Shown here one piece after another: positions 27,957-37,702 of a stretch of DNA of 64,000 nucleotides. Position numbers and translations under genes: made by a program. The notes below the pieces were generated by a model that worked only from the letters and a program-made list of their open reading frames with translations, made no database searches and was not told the origin of the DNA. The DNA is from an uncultured Bacteroides sp. (lineage in GTDB: Bacteria; Bacteroidota; Bacteroidia; Bacteroidales; Muribaculaceae): the NCBI GenBank assembly GCA_964495725.1, contig CAZBWZ010000001.1:5070-69069 (forward strand). Reading direction: 5' to 3'. Each line of letters opens with the position of its first letter. Within the stretch, counting starts at the first letter, position 1.

Positions 27957-30146
27957 TTATTCTGCGAGAGGATCGAATGTGCCGGGAGCACCGCCGTTGT
28001 TGTAATCGGCCCATCCAATATTCTGAGGCAGACCCTGATTGGCGATCTGTGCGCCCTGGGTGAGACCTACGAAATAGTAATAGGGCTGATAGTTGACGTA
28101 GAGCTCGGTGTGGTTGGAGTCGTATGAGTCGCCCTTCTTCTTGTTGCGCTCGATATTCTGTCCGTACCATTCGGCGAGAGTCTGTAGCTGCTCGTCGAGC
28201 GGTTGACGCAGGTCTACTGCCGCCGGACGTGCCACGTTGGCCAGAGGATCGGGATCCGCACCTGACGCGCTGTATTCGCTGTCGCCGAGACCGTTGTTGT
28301 GGGTGCTCTTCACGCGGAACTCAAGGTTCTCGCGCCGCTGACCGTTGAGCGGAGCCACACCCAGCCAGAGGCATGTATTGCCGTCCCAGCCGGTGAGCTT
28401 CCATGTAGCCGGCGCACCGGATACTGTGCCCGTACCGCCGTCGAAGAGCATCCAGCGGCGCATGTCGTCAAAGCGCTTGCCCTCGTAAGCGAGCTCGATC
28501 TGACGCTCGTAGAGGATGGCTGACATACATGCAGCCTGGTCGCCGCTGAGACCGGCCTGCAGACCGCAGTCACCGGTGTAACCCACACGCTGACGAATCT
28601 TGACGAGCTGCTCTACTGCCTCGGCCATGTGACCGGCGCCGCAGGCTGCCTCGGCGTAGTTGAGGAGCACCTCGGCATAACGGATTTCCATGTAGGGAGC
28701 TGCTGAGTGTTTGAATCCGTCGGCTGTCATGTAAGCGTAGCGCGGTGAGCCGTTGAGATCCAGATCATCTGTGCGCTTACGTACATACATACCCTTGGCG
28801 TTGGCCATGAGGCCGTCGGGACCGTACTTGTTGCTGCTCTCGATATTGTCGCGGTCCTCGGCCTTGGCATACCATACGTAGTTCCAGAGCTCGTAAGCAT
28901 TGCCCTTGTATTTGTTGTGGTTGAGGTCGCTTGTGGGATCGCCGTCAAATGTCCAACGCACGCCGGGGAAGGCAAATGTGCGGTAGAAACGCGGGTCACG
29001 GTCGATGAAGGGGAGGTCGGCATTGTATGTGCTTGCCGATGCGTCGAGCTTGTAGTAAGTGGCGCAGCTTGCGGGCTTGCGACCGTCTTTCATCGGGAAA
29101 AGATCAACCATCATGGCCGAAGGAGCCTTACCGCCGCCGCCGAGAGCGTTGGACGGACGGATGCCGTGTTCCCAGCCGTTATTCTTGGTGTAGTCGGCGG
29201 CTGAGGTAGCATCCGAACGGTTGTTGTAGAGTGTGCCGAACACGAACTCGGGGTTGTTCTCTTCATTGAACATGCGGGCCCAGTTTGAGGCGTTGATACC
29301 GGGGTTGCCGTCATAAGCGAGGTAGTTGCCGCATGAGTTGATCACGGGGATAGAGGCCTTGATAGTCTCGTATGCGTTCTTCCAACGGTCGGGATCATTG
29401 CTGCGGTTGAAGAGAGGACTTGCCCAGAGCACAAGCACACGACCCTTGAGAGCGAGAGCTGAGGCGGTGGTCACTCGACCGTACTTGCCTGAATCACTCC
29501 ATCCGCCGTGGGTGGTGAAAGGTGCGAGCATCTCGGCAGCCTTGTCAAGGTCCTCACAGATAAATTCGATGGCCTCCTTGGTGGTGGAACGCGGAGTAAA
29601 CGATGACTCTACGGGATCGAGCACTTCCTTTACCAGAGGCACACCGCCAAACCACTTCACGAGCTGATAATAGCACCATGCACGGAAGAAGTAGGCCTGA
29701 CCGAGCAGCTCATTTTTCTGCTCTTCGGTGAGCGAGCTGTTGGTGATACCGCGTATCACGTCGTTGATATTGCGGATACGGCCGTAGGCTGACGTATCAA
29801 ACTTGTTTGTGCCGTAGAAGAAATCGGGCACGGGATTGTTACCGCTCTGTGATGACAGAGGAGCCTGCGGGTCAACGAAGAGGCTGAATCCGCTGTATTC
29901 CTCGGTAGCTTTTGAGTAATCATCGGCTGAACCGGTGCTCACATTGCGATATGCGTAAGGCGATGAATTGACATCAGGCAGACAGACGGCATAGATCTGG
30001 TCAAGACGGCCTGACGCACCGTTGTAGTGGTTATAGGCTTCCTCGTTGACTGAGTCATAATTTTTCTTGTCCTCCAGGAAGTCATCGCTACACGAAGCCA
30101 TGGCCATGGAGGCAAGAACTGCGAGGGTGATATATTTGAATTTCAT
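27957..30146 (-). CDS. SusD/RagB-family glycan-binding lipoprotein
   Basis: Lipobox MAS-C; GQAYFFRAWCY, RDPRFY, IRYAEVLLNYAEA, ERQIELAYEGKRFDDMRRW. Confidence 0.93.
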   Translation of the reverse strand: MKFKYITLAVLASMAMASCSDDFLEDKKNYDSVNEEAYNHYNGASGRLDQIYAVCLPDVNSSPYAYRNVSTGSADDYSKATEEYSGFSLFVDPQAPLSSQSGNNPVPDFFYGTNKFDTSAYGRIRNINDVIRGITNSSLTEEQKNELLGQAYFFRAWCYYQLVKWFGGVPLVKEVLDPVESSFTPRSTTKEAIEFICEDLDKAAEMLAPFTTHGGWSDSGKYGRVTTASALALKGRVLVLWASPLFNRSNDPDRWKNAYETIKASIPVINSCGNYLAYDGNPGINASNWARMFNEENNPEFVFGTLYNNRSDATSAADYTKNNGWEHGIRPSNALGGGGKAPSAMMVDLFPMKDGRKPASCATYYKLDASASTYNADLPFIDRDPRFYRTFAFPGVRWTFDGDPTSDLNHNKYKGNAYELWNYVWYAKAEDRDNIESSNKYGPDGLMANAKGMYVRKRTDDLDLNGSPRYAYMTADGFKHSAAPYMEIRYAEVLLNYAEAACGAGHMAEAVEQLVKIRQRVGYTGDCGLQAGLSGDQAACMSAILYERQIELAYEGKRFDDMRRWMLFDGGTGTVSGAPATWKLTGWDGNTCLWLGVAPLNGQRRENLEFRVKSTHNNGLGDSEYSASGADPDPLANVARPAAVDLRQPLDEQLQTLAEWYGQNIERNKKKGDSYDSNHTELYVNYQPYYYFVGLTQGAQIANQGLPQNIGWADYNNGGAPGTFDPLAE

Positions 30147-30158
30147 ATTTGTATCGTT

Positions 30159-33100
30159 TTAGAATGAAAGGTTGACACCGAGTGTGATCTTTCTCAGATT
30201 GGGATATGCGCCGTAGTTGCCGGCCATGGGATCCATGAAATGATCGGGATAAGGATTGTAGAAGCTGAGCAGGTTCTGACCGGTAACATTGAATGTACAC
30301 TTGTTGATACCGACGCGCTTAACGAGAGCCTGTGGCAGTGAGTAAGCGAGGGTGAGACGGTTGAGCTGCACGCGTGTGCCGCTGATGCGCCAGAATGATG
30401 AGTCGATGCCGTTGACAGAGTCGTATGCGAGGTTAGGATACCAGCCGTTGCGGTTTTCTGCCATCACCAAGTTACCGGCTGCATCGAAGATATCTTGATA
30501 TACAAACATGTTGTCGGGATTCCAGAACGACGGAACGCTCTTATACTCGATATTGCTGCCGATCTTGCGGGCCTGGCTGGGCACGAAGCTGTATCCACCC
30601 CAATTGGCTCCGATCTGTGCGGTAACCGAGAAGTCACGCCACTTGGCGTTGAGGTTGAGGGTGATGTGATAAGGATTCGAGCGGTTGGAGAGACATACCT
30701 TATCGTTGTCAGCGCTGACGATACCGTCAGGACCTGCGTATGTACCGTCGGGCTGCTCGGCTCCGCGCACATCCTTGTATATAAGCATACCGGGACGCAC
30801 CTGGTCTTTGCTCATACCTAAGTATGATACGATGTTGTTCTTGGCGAAGTACTCTTCGATCTCCTGGAAGCTGCGGAACATACCGAGGCAATGCAGACCC
30901 CATGTGCCGAGATCCATACGGTGACCGTAACGGTAATTCATGTAGAGCTCGTTGGTGGGCCAGTCCATGAAGAGGAGCTTGTTGTCAGAATAGCCAGTGT
31001 TGAGCCCTACACGGTAGCTGAAGTCCTTGCTTACGTTGTCACGCCATGTAACAGAGAGCTCGGCGCCCCAGCTGTCCAGCTTACCTATGTTCATCTTGGC
31101 GGAGGGTGTACCTACTGTGCCCGGCACTGATGCTGAATATTTGATAAGCATATCGCGATCGCGGTTGTAGTAACCGTCGAGATTGAAGGCGAGACGGCTG
31201 TGGAGCACGTTGAAGTCGATACCGACATTGGTCTTGTAGCTCTTGTCCCAGTGGGCGTCGCGGTTTATGGCGGCCTGTGTGTTGTTGAGTGTGATCATCG
31301 AGCCTGCGGCCACATTGTCACCGAGACCGAAGATCGGACCTTTGTCCTTGGCTGTGCTGTAGGTCTGGAGCCATGCCCATGCATCGGTGTTGTCACGACC
31401 TGTGATACCGTATGACGCACGGATCTTGAGGTAGTCGATCCAATTGACAGCGTTGCGGAACCAGTCTTCCTGTGTCACTACCCAACCGGCAGATACCGAG
31501 GGGAATGTGCCCCAGTAATTCTCGGGAGCGAACTTGGTGGACGCGTCAGAGCGGATAAGGAACTCAAGTAGATACTTGTCACTGAAGGCGTAGTTGATAC
31601 GTCCGATGTAAGAGAGTGTACCTGACTCGGCGCGGCTGAAGTTGGTACCTACCGAGCCCGATGCCTGGCTTGACTGGTGGAGACCGAAGTCGTAGGGCTC
31701 GGTTACTGAACCTGTCACGAACTCACTCCAGAATTCTGATTTCTCTATCGAGAAGAGGGCGCCGATTGTGTGGGGGCCGAATTCACGGTTGTAGTTGACA
31801 GTGAAGTTCATCTGATAGTTGTCAGACTTTGTCATGGTGCGCTCTGAGAAGTAGCCGTTGGACACGGGAGCACCGTTGTTGGCAAGCAGGAAGTTGCCCG
31901 GTGTCATCAGAGCCTCGTACTCGGCCTCCTGACCTGGGATGGGTGTGTAGAGGTGAGAGCCGCTACCTGCACGCTGGCCCATGTAATAGATATTGTATTC
32001 AGAGCCGTATCCGTTGTAGTCGGTGTTTGAGATATTCTTTGCGTAGGCAAAGCGCAGACGCAGACCCTTGAGGATGTTGCTCCAGCCGAAGTCGTAGTCG
32101 ACAGAGGTATTGAGGTTGAATGTGTTTGAGCTGGTCTCCTGATAGTCACCTGAGTTCTGGATTACTGAGAATGAGTAATCCTGCTCTGCCTGTACACGGT
32201 TGTTGGTAGGTCCGTAAGGGGTGATGTCATAGCCGTTGACGCTCTCGGGGATGTAACGGGGATGGGTGAGCAGCAGGTTGTAATCTTTCTCGGCGTTACT
32301 ACCGCCGGCCTTGAGCATAGGCTTTCTGTTCTTGCCATAGTCACCGGAAACCTGGATAGATGCCTTGATCCACTTTTTGAGGGTCACGTCCACACCTGCA
32401 CGGTAGTTCCAGCGGTTGTAGTCGAGCTTGCCGAGATTACCGTCCTGATCGAAGTATGAGATATTGGCGAAATAGTTGGCTTTGCCAGTGGCGCCGCTCA
32501 CACCTACGCTATGCTTCTGTGTGAAACCGCTGCTCCAGTATTTGTCAAGCAGGTCGTAGTTGAGATAGCGCATTGCCTGAAGCTCATCGGCCTGGAAGAG
32601 ACCTGTGAGGGGGTTGAGAGTGGTGTTGGTGGGGTCGGCTGCCTTGATTGCGTTGTAGAGACGGCCGTAATCGTAGGCGCTGAGCATCTTGGGACGTGAT
32701 ACCTCGTCGGTCCAACCGAATGTACCGCTGTATGATATCACAGGCTCGCCTTCCTTACCACGCTTGGTGGTGACGAGGATAACACCGTTGGCCGCACGTG
32801 ATCCGTATACGGCAGCCGCGGCATCCTTGAGCACGGAGATGCTCTCGATTTCAGAGGGGTCGAGGTTATTGAAGGCCTCGGCACCGGGATTGGCATGTGC
32901 ATCGTTGCTTACGCGCACATCGTTGGGATAGATGAATCCGTCGATGACGAAAAGAGGCTCCTGATCCATACCGCCGAGAGCGGTGAGGCTACCGGGGCTA
33001 CGGATCGACATGGTGGCGCGTTCGCCGGGACGGGCATCACCGCCGCTCACGGCCAGACCGTTGACCAGACCGCTGAGCGAGCTGGCGAGATTGCCGTTGG

Positions 33101-33497
33101 CCAGATCCTGCACATCATCCATGTTGACGGTGGAGATGGCACCTGTGAGGTGAGCCTTCTTCTGTGTGCCGTAACCTACGACCACTACCTCGTTGAGTGA
33201 CTCGGCATTCTCCTGCATCACGATAGTCTTCTGGGAGAAGTCCTTGATTACGACAGGAGTGAAGCCGATATAGCTGATCTCTACTGTCTTGCCCTCCGGC
33301 ACCTTGATGGTGAAGTTACCGTCAAAATCGGTCAAGGTGCTTATGTTGGTGCCTGTGACCTTTACGGCAGCGCCCATCAGAGGCTCGTCTTCAGCGTCGA
33401 CCACAGTGCCCTGAAACAGGATATCCTCGGCTGAGGCCGCGAATCCTACAAAGACTGCCACCAACAAGAAACATATTTTCAATATATTGTGTTTCAT
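30159..33497 (-). CDS. SusC/RagA-family TonB-dependent transporter
   Basis: LNEVVVVGYGTQKK, IESISVLKDAAAAVYGSRAANGVILVTTKRG, FPSVSAGW, YP..RKITLGVNLSF. Confidence 0.95.
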   Translation of the reverse strand: MKHNILKICFLLVAVFVGFAASAEDILFQGTVVDAEDEPLMGAAVKVTGTNISTLTDFDGNFTIKVPEGKTVEISYIGFTPVVIKDFSQKTIVMQENAESLNEVVVVGYGTQKKAHLTGAISTVNMDDVQDLANGNLASSLSGLVNGLAVSGGDARPGERATMSIRSPGSLTALGGMDQEPLFVIDGFIYPNDVRVSNDAHANPGAEAFNNLDPSEIESISVLKDAAAAVYGSRAANGVILVTTKRGKEGEPVISYSGTFGWTDEVSRPKMLSAYDYGRLYNAIKAADPTNTTLNPLTGLFQADELQAMRYLNYDLLDKYWSSGFTQKHSVGVSGATGKANYFANISYFDQDGNLGKLDYNRWNYRAGVDVTLKKWIKASIQVSGDYGKNRKPMLKAGGSNAEKDYNLLLTHPRYIPESVNGYDITPYGPTNNRVQAEQDYSFSVIQNSGDYQETSSNTFNLNTSVDYDFGWSNILKGLRLRFAYAKNISNTDYNGYGSEYNIYYMGQRAGSGSHLYTPIPGQEAEYEALMTPGNFLLANNGAPVSNGYFSERTMTKSDNYQMNFTVNYNREFGPHTIGALFSIEKSEFWSEFVTGSVTEPYDFGLHQSSQASGSVGTNFSRAESGTLSYIGRINYAFSDKYLLEFLIRSDASTKFAPENYWGTFPSVSAGWVVTQEDWFRNAVNWIDYLKIRASYGITGRDNTDAWAWLQTYSTAKDKGPIFGLGDNVAAGSMITLNNTQAAINRDAHWDKSYKTNVGIDFNVLHSRLAFNLDGYYNRDRDMLIKYSASVPGTVGTPSAKMNIGKLDSWGAELSVTWRDNVSKDFSYRVGLNTGYSDNKLLFMDWPTNELYMNYRYGHRMDLGTWGLHCLGMFRSFQEIEEYFAKNNIVSYLGMSKDQVRPGMLIYKDVRGAEQPDGTYAGPDGIVSADNDKVCLSNRSNPYHITLNLNAKWRDFSVTAQIGANWGGYSFVPSQARKIGSNIEYKSVPSFWNPDNMFVYQDIFDAAGNLVMAENRNGWYPNLAYDSVNGIDSSFWRISGTRVQLNRLTLAYSLPQALVKRVGINKCTFNVTGQNLLSFYNPYPDHFMDPMAGNYGAYPNLRKITLGVNLSF

Positions 33498-33521
33498 TGC
33501 GATAATAATTGGTTTATGGTA

Positions 33522-35015
33522 TTATTGTTGTTCAAACCAGCGGAGGTCGCCGATCTGGTTTTCCACTGTGTATGATGATGTCGGGCGCAGATTGATGCCG
33601 CCGTTGTCTTTGGTGAGATCAAGCTCCTGCATAAACTGACCGGCAAACTGGGGATTGTCTTCCGTCACGAAAGGATTGCCCTGTGAGTCCTTGCGGCCAC
33701 CGAGGTCATTGCTCTGAGGCTCGGTGAGGTCGCAGAACATGGTATTGAATTCTGTGGTCTTCTTGTTGTTGTTCTGCAGATACTGATACAGACGGAATAC
33801 ATCGTAGAAGATGCAGTGGTCGACCTTCTGGGTGAAGACTGCGTTGTTGAGGATGTTGTTACCGAAGTCCTTGGCTGTGAATGTACGCACGAAAGTGCAG
33901 TGGGTGATGGTGTGGCTCGATGAATTGAGGGCCTCACCGTAGATCTTACGCGGCTGAGCGTTTGAGGCGTTGGCGTATCTGATGAAGTAACCGGTGTTGT
34001 TCTCGGCGAGGTTATAGAATGTGCTGTTGCTCCACACCATGTTCTTGATAAGGCCGGCGCCGCTGCCATAGAGGTTGATGAAGCCGTCGCCTGTGGCGTT
34101 GTCAAGCTGGAAGATGCAATTGTCGATTCTGAAATCTGTCAGCGCCCAGGGTGTGTCATTGCCGAAGAGCAGGCCCTTTGGCATATTCTTTACGTTGACA
34201 TCCTGAAACGAGATGGGATCCTCGATGATGTAGCAGTCGTTGCCGGCATTGACATACACGGTGGGATAGTTTTTGTTAAGCAAAACACCTTCGGGCTGAT
34301 TGCTGAGCACGAGCAGACCCTTGAGCTTTGACTTGGTGCAGTCGAAATTGATGAATTTCACCTTCATGCCGGCCTGTGTGGTGATACAGCCGTTCTCACC
34401 TACCTCCACGATCGGGCGATGAGCCTTGTTGCCACGGAAGGTGACTTTGTTCAGGCCGAAATCAAGAGTGCCCTCAAGTTTGTAGGTAACACCGGCCTCA
34501 AGCTCGAACCCCTGCTCGCCGTCACTCGGCACAAGATTCTGGGCCATCCATGACGAGAGCTCCACGCCGGCAGGTATCTTGATGGCGGGAAGCATGGTGG
34601 AGTATGCAAAAGATGTGGCATTCTGAGCCTCTTTGTTGTTGTATTTCTCATTGCCGAGAGTTTTTACCGACACCTCATAATTGGTGTCTTCCCTGCGCTC
34701 GAAGGTCAGTGTGGTACCGTCGACCACGCTGTCGGTGACAAGATACTCGGGATTGGCGGGATCATCGACCACCTTCACGGAGCAAAGGTAGCCGCCGGCT
34801 CCCATGACCAGGGGCCATGAGAACTTTACAGACTCCGAGCCGTCAGGATTAGTCAGCGTAGAGAAGCAGTCGGCAGTAATTTCCGGCGACTCCAACTGAA
34901 CATTCGAGACGCCAGCCGAGAATTTCTCCTTGTCATCGAAGCCGTCTGAGGCACACGATGCTGCAAGAAGCACGAGCAGTGACGCACTGCATGTTTTTGT
35001 GAATCTGATATTCAT
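33522..35015 (-). CDS. Surface lipoprotein, DUF4992/DUF4957-like (FN3-like N-domain plus beta-helix); candidate surface glycan-binding protein
   Basis: Lipobox AAS-C; GVSNVQLESPE, SWPLVMGAGGY, NSTFYN/HCTF/HCIFYD repeats, IGDLRW end; immediately upstream of susC. Confidence 0.65.
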   Translation of the reverse strand: MNIRFTKTCSASLLVLLAASCASDGFDDKEKFSAGVSNVQLESPEITADCFSTLTNPDGSESVKFSWPLVMGAGGYLCSVKVVDDPANPEYLVTDSVVDGTTLTFERREDTNYEVSVKTLGNEKYNNKEAQNATSFAYSTMLPAIKIPAGVELSSWMAQNLVPSDGEQGFELEAGVTYKLEGTLDFGLNKVTFRGNKAHRPIVEVGENGCITTQAGMKVKFINFDCTKSKLKGLLVLSNQPEGVLLNKNYPTVYVNAGNDCYIIEDPISFQDVNVKNMPKGLLFGNDTPWALTDFRIDNCIFQLDNATGDGFINLYGSGAGLIKNMVWSNSTFYNLAENNTGYFIRYANASNAQPRKIYGEALNSSSHTITHCTFVRTFTAKDFGNNILNNAVFTQKVDHCIFYDVFRLYQYLQNNNKKTTEFNTMFCDLTEPQSNDLGGRKDSQGNPFVTEDNPQFAGQFMQELDLTKDNGGINLRPTSSYTVENQIGDLRWFEQQ

Positions 35016-35171
35016 GATATGATTTTGTTAAATAATTTATTTTGCTGGATTAGATTATTGATTTAGATTTTTACGGAAGTTAGTTGTGATTGTTTTTAGT
35101 TAAAGAGTTAATGAATTGATAATGATTTTTAAGTTGTAGGATTCGAAATAAACAGGTGTCGGTCATAGCAT

Positions 35172-36089
35172 TTATTGCTGAAATATCTTCTTGAGATAAC
35201 GTATGTTGTTTCCATAGTTGCCCTTGACGTTGCGCACGTCGTCTTTGTCACGTGAGCGCTCCACCACGAGCCATCCGCTCCAGCCCATGTCATCGAGGGC
35301 GCTCTTGATGGCTGGCACGTCCACCGCCGGGTCATGCTCAAGTGTGTATCCGTCGGTGTTGGAGATGTGTATCTGGCACACACGGTCAGCACCCAAGGTG
35401 CGGAGCTCGGCTGCGATGTCACGGCCGTTCTCTATCGCTGTCTGCACCGAATAGTAAATCCTGATACCGGGAGAATTGATCTCATCGAGCAGACGTATGT
35501 TGCCATCGGCATCGAGAGGCGAGCGGATACCTATGACAGCTCCGTCGGCTTCGGCCATCACGCCGGCCACATGCAGTCGCTTTACCAGCTCATCATGAGC
35601 AGGCCCGGGCACAGTCCAGTCTTCCTTGATTCCTCCAAGCGGCAGGAATGCCACTTTGCTGTCCATGGCACGCATCGTCGACAGACAGTCCTCGACAAGG
35701 GCTTTGTAATTGTGGTGTGTCAGGAACGACTGTCCGTAGAATCCTGACATGGCTACCGAAGGCACCTCTACATGCAATGAATCAGCCGTACGGCGGAAAA
35801 GCTCGCGGAAGTGACGGTGATGGAATTTGTTATCAAAGGTGTCACGTGTGCCCAGACCGCCGACATCCATCTCCACTCCATCTCCCCCGATTTCCTTCGT
35901 GAGGGCAAACTCACCGAGTTTCTGACGCTTGAGCATCATCCAGTCACACGCTGCTATCTTATAGCGCTGAGTCTTGTCCCAACCATCATGTTTGTCACAC
36001 GTACATACCTGTCCATGCATGCCATCGGCCAAAACCGGACATACACAGACCGCCATCGTCAACATGCCTGCAATAAAAAGCCTTCTCAT
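35172..36089 (-). CDS. Exported xylose-isomerase-like TIM barrel (AP_endonuc_2 / sugar phosphate isomerase-epimerase family)
   Basis: Start ATG 36089 with signal peptide; CDWMMLKRQKLG, DGVEMDVG, SVAMSGFYGQ, CQIHISNTDG, WSGWLVVERSR. Confidence 0.7.
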   Translation of the reverse strand: MRRLFIAGMLTMAVCVCPVLADGMHGQVCTCDKHDGWDKTQRYKIAACDWMMLKRQKLGEFALTKEIGGDGVEMDVGGLGTRDTFDNKFHHRHFRELFRRTADSLHVEVPSVAMSGFYGQSFLTHHNYKALVEDCLSTMRAMDSKVAFLPLGGIKEDWTVPGPAHDELVKRLHVAGVMAEADGAVIGIRSPLDADGNIRLLDEINSPGIRIYYSVQTAIENGRDIAAELRTLGADRVCQIHISNTDGYTLEHDPAVDVPAIKSALDDMGWSGWLVVERSRDKDDVRNVKGNYGNNIRYLKKIFQQ

Positions 36090-36184
36090 CAAGGTAAGAT
36101 TCAAGGTTGTGCCGTTATCTCGATTTATCTATTTCTCCACTTACGGATCTTTGTAATTATTAGCGAAAATCCATAACTATTTTG

Positions 36185-36192
36185 CAAATTTA
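36185..36192 (-). promoter_or_regulatory. -7 promoter element for the isomerase-lipoprotein-susC-susD operon
   Basis: TAAATTTG on the minus strand, TTTG 18 nt upstream, and a G-U-containing hairpin (36141-36176) just downstream. Confidence 0.6.
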
Positions 36193-36248
36193 ATAATATT
36201 ATTCCTATACCAAAACAAATTAGTGTTAAATTTATTGTTTCACAATTC

Positions 36249-36282
36249 AAAAAAACACGTCACAAATCAATGTGGCGTGTTT
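36249..36282 (-). terminator. Intrinsic terminator of the glycoside hydrolase operon
   Basis: Minus strand AAACACGCCACA-6nt-TGTGACGTGTTT-TTTT. Confidence 0.65.
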
Positions 36283-36363
36283 GTAATGTCATTGTTATGA
36301 TTTAGACATATCAGACGGCGCATCAAGGCATGATCACAGGCCCCGTAGTCAGCCTGTACCGGT

Positions 36364-37677
36364 TTATTCAGCGCCTGTCGGCGGATATGCTTTCAGCGCC
36401 TCGGCTGTCTCTATCGTCACCTTTGATTCGTCAATCTTTGATGAATCGAGGTCGAATACCTCAGCGAAGAAATCATATACGGCATTGCGCTTGTTAGGCC
36501 CGAAATCATGGCCCTCGTCGGGCAGGTGTACGTTGCTCACCTTGTCTGTTGCGCCATAGAATCCGTAGATACGCTGCAGATAGGGATATTCAAGTGTGGG
36601 CACGGTCGATGTCCAGTCCTTACCGTCGCTGACGATACGCATGGGCCGGGGGGCAAAAGCTGCCGCCAGCTCGGGATTGCACGTGCCGCCGGCCGCATAC
36701 TGTATGGGCATACCGCTCTCGCACGGACATCCGCCGTCGAAATGCGAGGCAAGGCTCACTACAGGGCAAGCGGCGGTGTACCGCGGGTCAAGAAGCGAGA
36801 GCAATACTGTCTGTGTGCCACCGCCTGAGCCGCCGTTGACCCCTACCCTATTCTTATCCACATCCTTGCGGTCAATCATAAAGTCGAGAATCGAAATGCC
36901 GTTCATGGCCTGGATTACATGTGCCCGGGCTGTCTGGTGAGCCTCCGCACCTACCTGATCGGCCGACTCACCCCAGCCGTAGAGATCATAGTCGACACAT
37001 ATCGCGCCCATGCGGGCGAGGGTGGCGAGCCTCTGCTGCTGAGCCACGTTGTATCTGCCTTCGGCAAAATGGCCGTTGGGGCATATGATCAGCGGGTGGG
37101 AGCCCTTGGTATTGGGTTCATAGACAGATCCGCATACATAGAGGCCGGGCAGTGTCTCAAGGTAGAAGTTGCTAACAGAGTAGCCGTCGAATTTGCGCTT
37201 TTTAGTGAACACCGGTTTAGCCTCTACCCTTTTTGCCAGATAATCATCAATGGTCAGACGTTGGCGTACCTCGGTGCTCAATGTGTCGCGGCGCGCTTCC
37301 CATTGTGGTCTGTCGGAATAGAGGCTGTTGAGCCACGCTATCATTTTCACACCGTCTGCATCGGTGCGACGGGGTGCTTCGTAGTTCTTTATTTTGTATG
37401 TCTTGTCGCCGTTTTTCACATACTTGAAGTCGAAAGGCTTCAGCACGTTGTCCAGAGACTCCTCTACCGAGTAAGGTCTGATGCGTGAATCGGCATATGC
37501 GAGCTTCAGGCCTGTAGTATCCACGTTATATTTGATTCTTACGCCAAACCGGGTACCGATCTCATCGAGCACCTCGCCCAGCGGACGTGTGTATTGGCCT
37601 TCAAAAGTGTTCTGTGCGATCGCCGGCATTACTGACAGCGACAGCATCACGGAAGCTATGATAGATTTATGTTTCAT
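36364..37677 (-). CDS. Alpha/beta-hydrolase carbohydrate esterase, CE19/BT1017-like RG-II methylesterase
   Basis: Signal peptide; CPNGHF, nucleophile elbow GVNGGSGGGTQT, HFDGGCPCESG, GHDFGPNKR; RG-II gene context. Confidence 0.7.
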   Translation of the reverse strand: MKHKSIIASVMLSLSVMPAIAQNTFEGQYTRPLGEVLDEIGTRFGVRIKYNVDTTGLKLAYADSRIRPYSVEESLDNVLKPFDFKYVKNGDKTYKIKNYEAPRRTDADGVKMIAWLNSLYSDRPQWEARRDTLSTEVRQRLTIDDYLAKRVEAKPVFTKKRKFDGYSVSNFYLETLPGLYVCGSVYEPNTKGSHPLIICPNGHFAEGRYNVAQQQRLATLARMGAICVDYDLYGWGESADQVGAEAHQTARAHVIQAMNGISILDFMIDRKDVDKNRVGVNGGSGGGTQTVLLSLLDPRYTAACPVVSLASHFDGGCPCESGMPIQYAAGGTCNPELAAAFAPRPMRIVSDGKDWTSTVPTLEYPYLQRIYGFYGATDKVSNVHLPDEGHDFGPNKRNAVYDFFAEVFDLDSSKIDESKVTIETAEALKAYPPTGAE

Positions 37678-37702
37678 TTCGCAAGTTGCTACTTAATGTT
37701 TT

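Noticed and set aside
27838-28170. 110-aa ORF overlapping the susD 3' end and the palindromes
   Set aside because: Alternative frame of susD running through a terminator and repeat; not protein-like.
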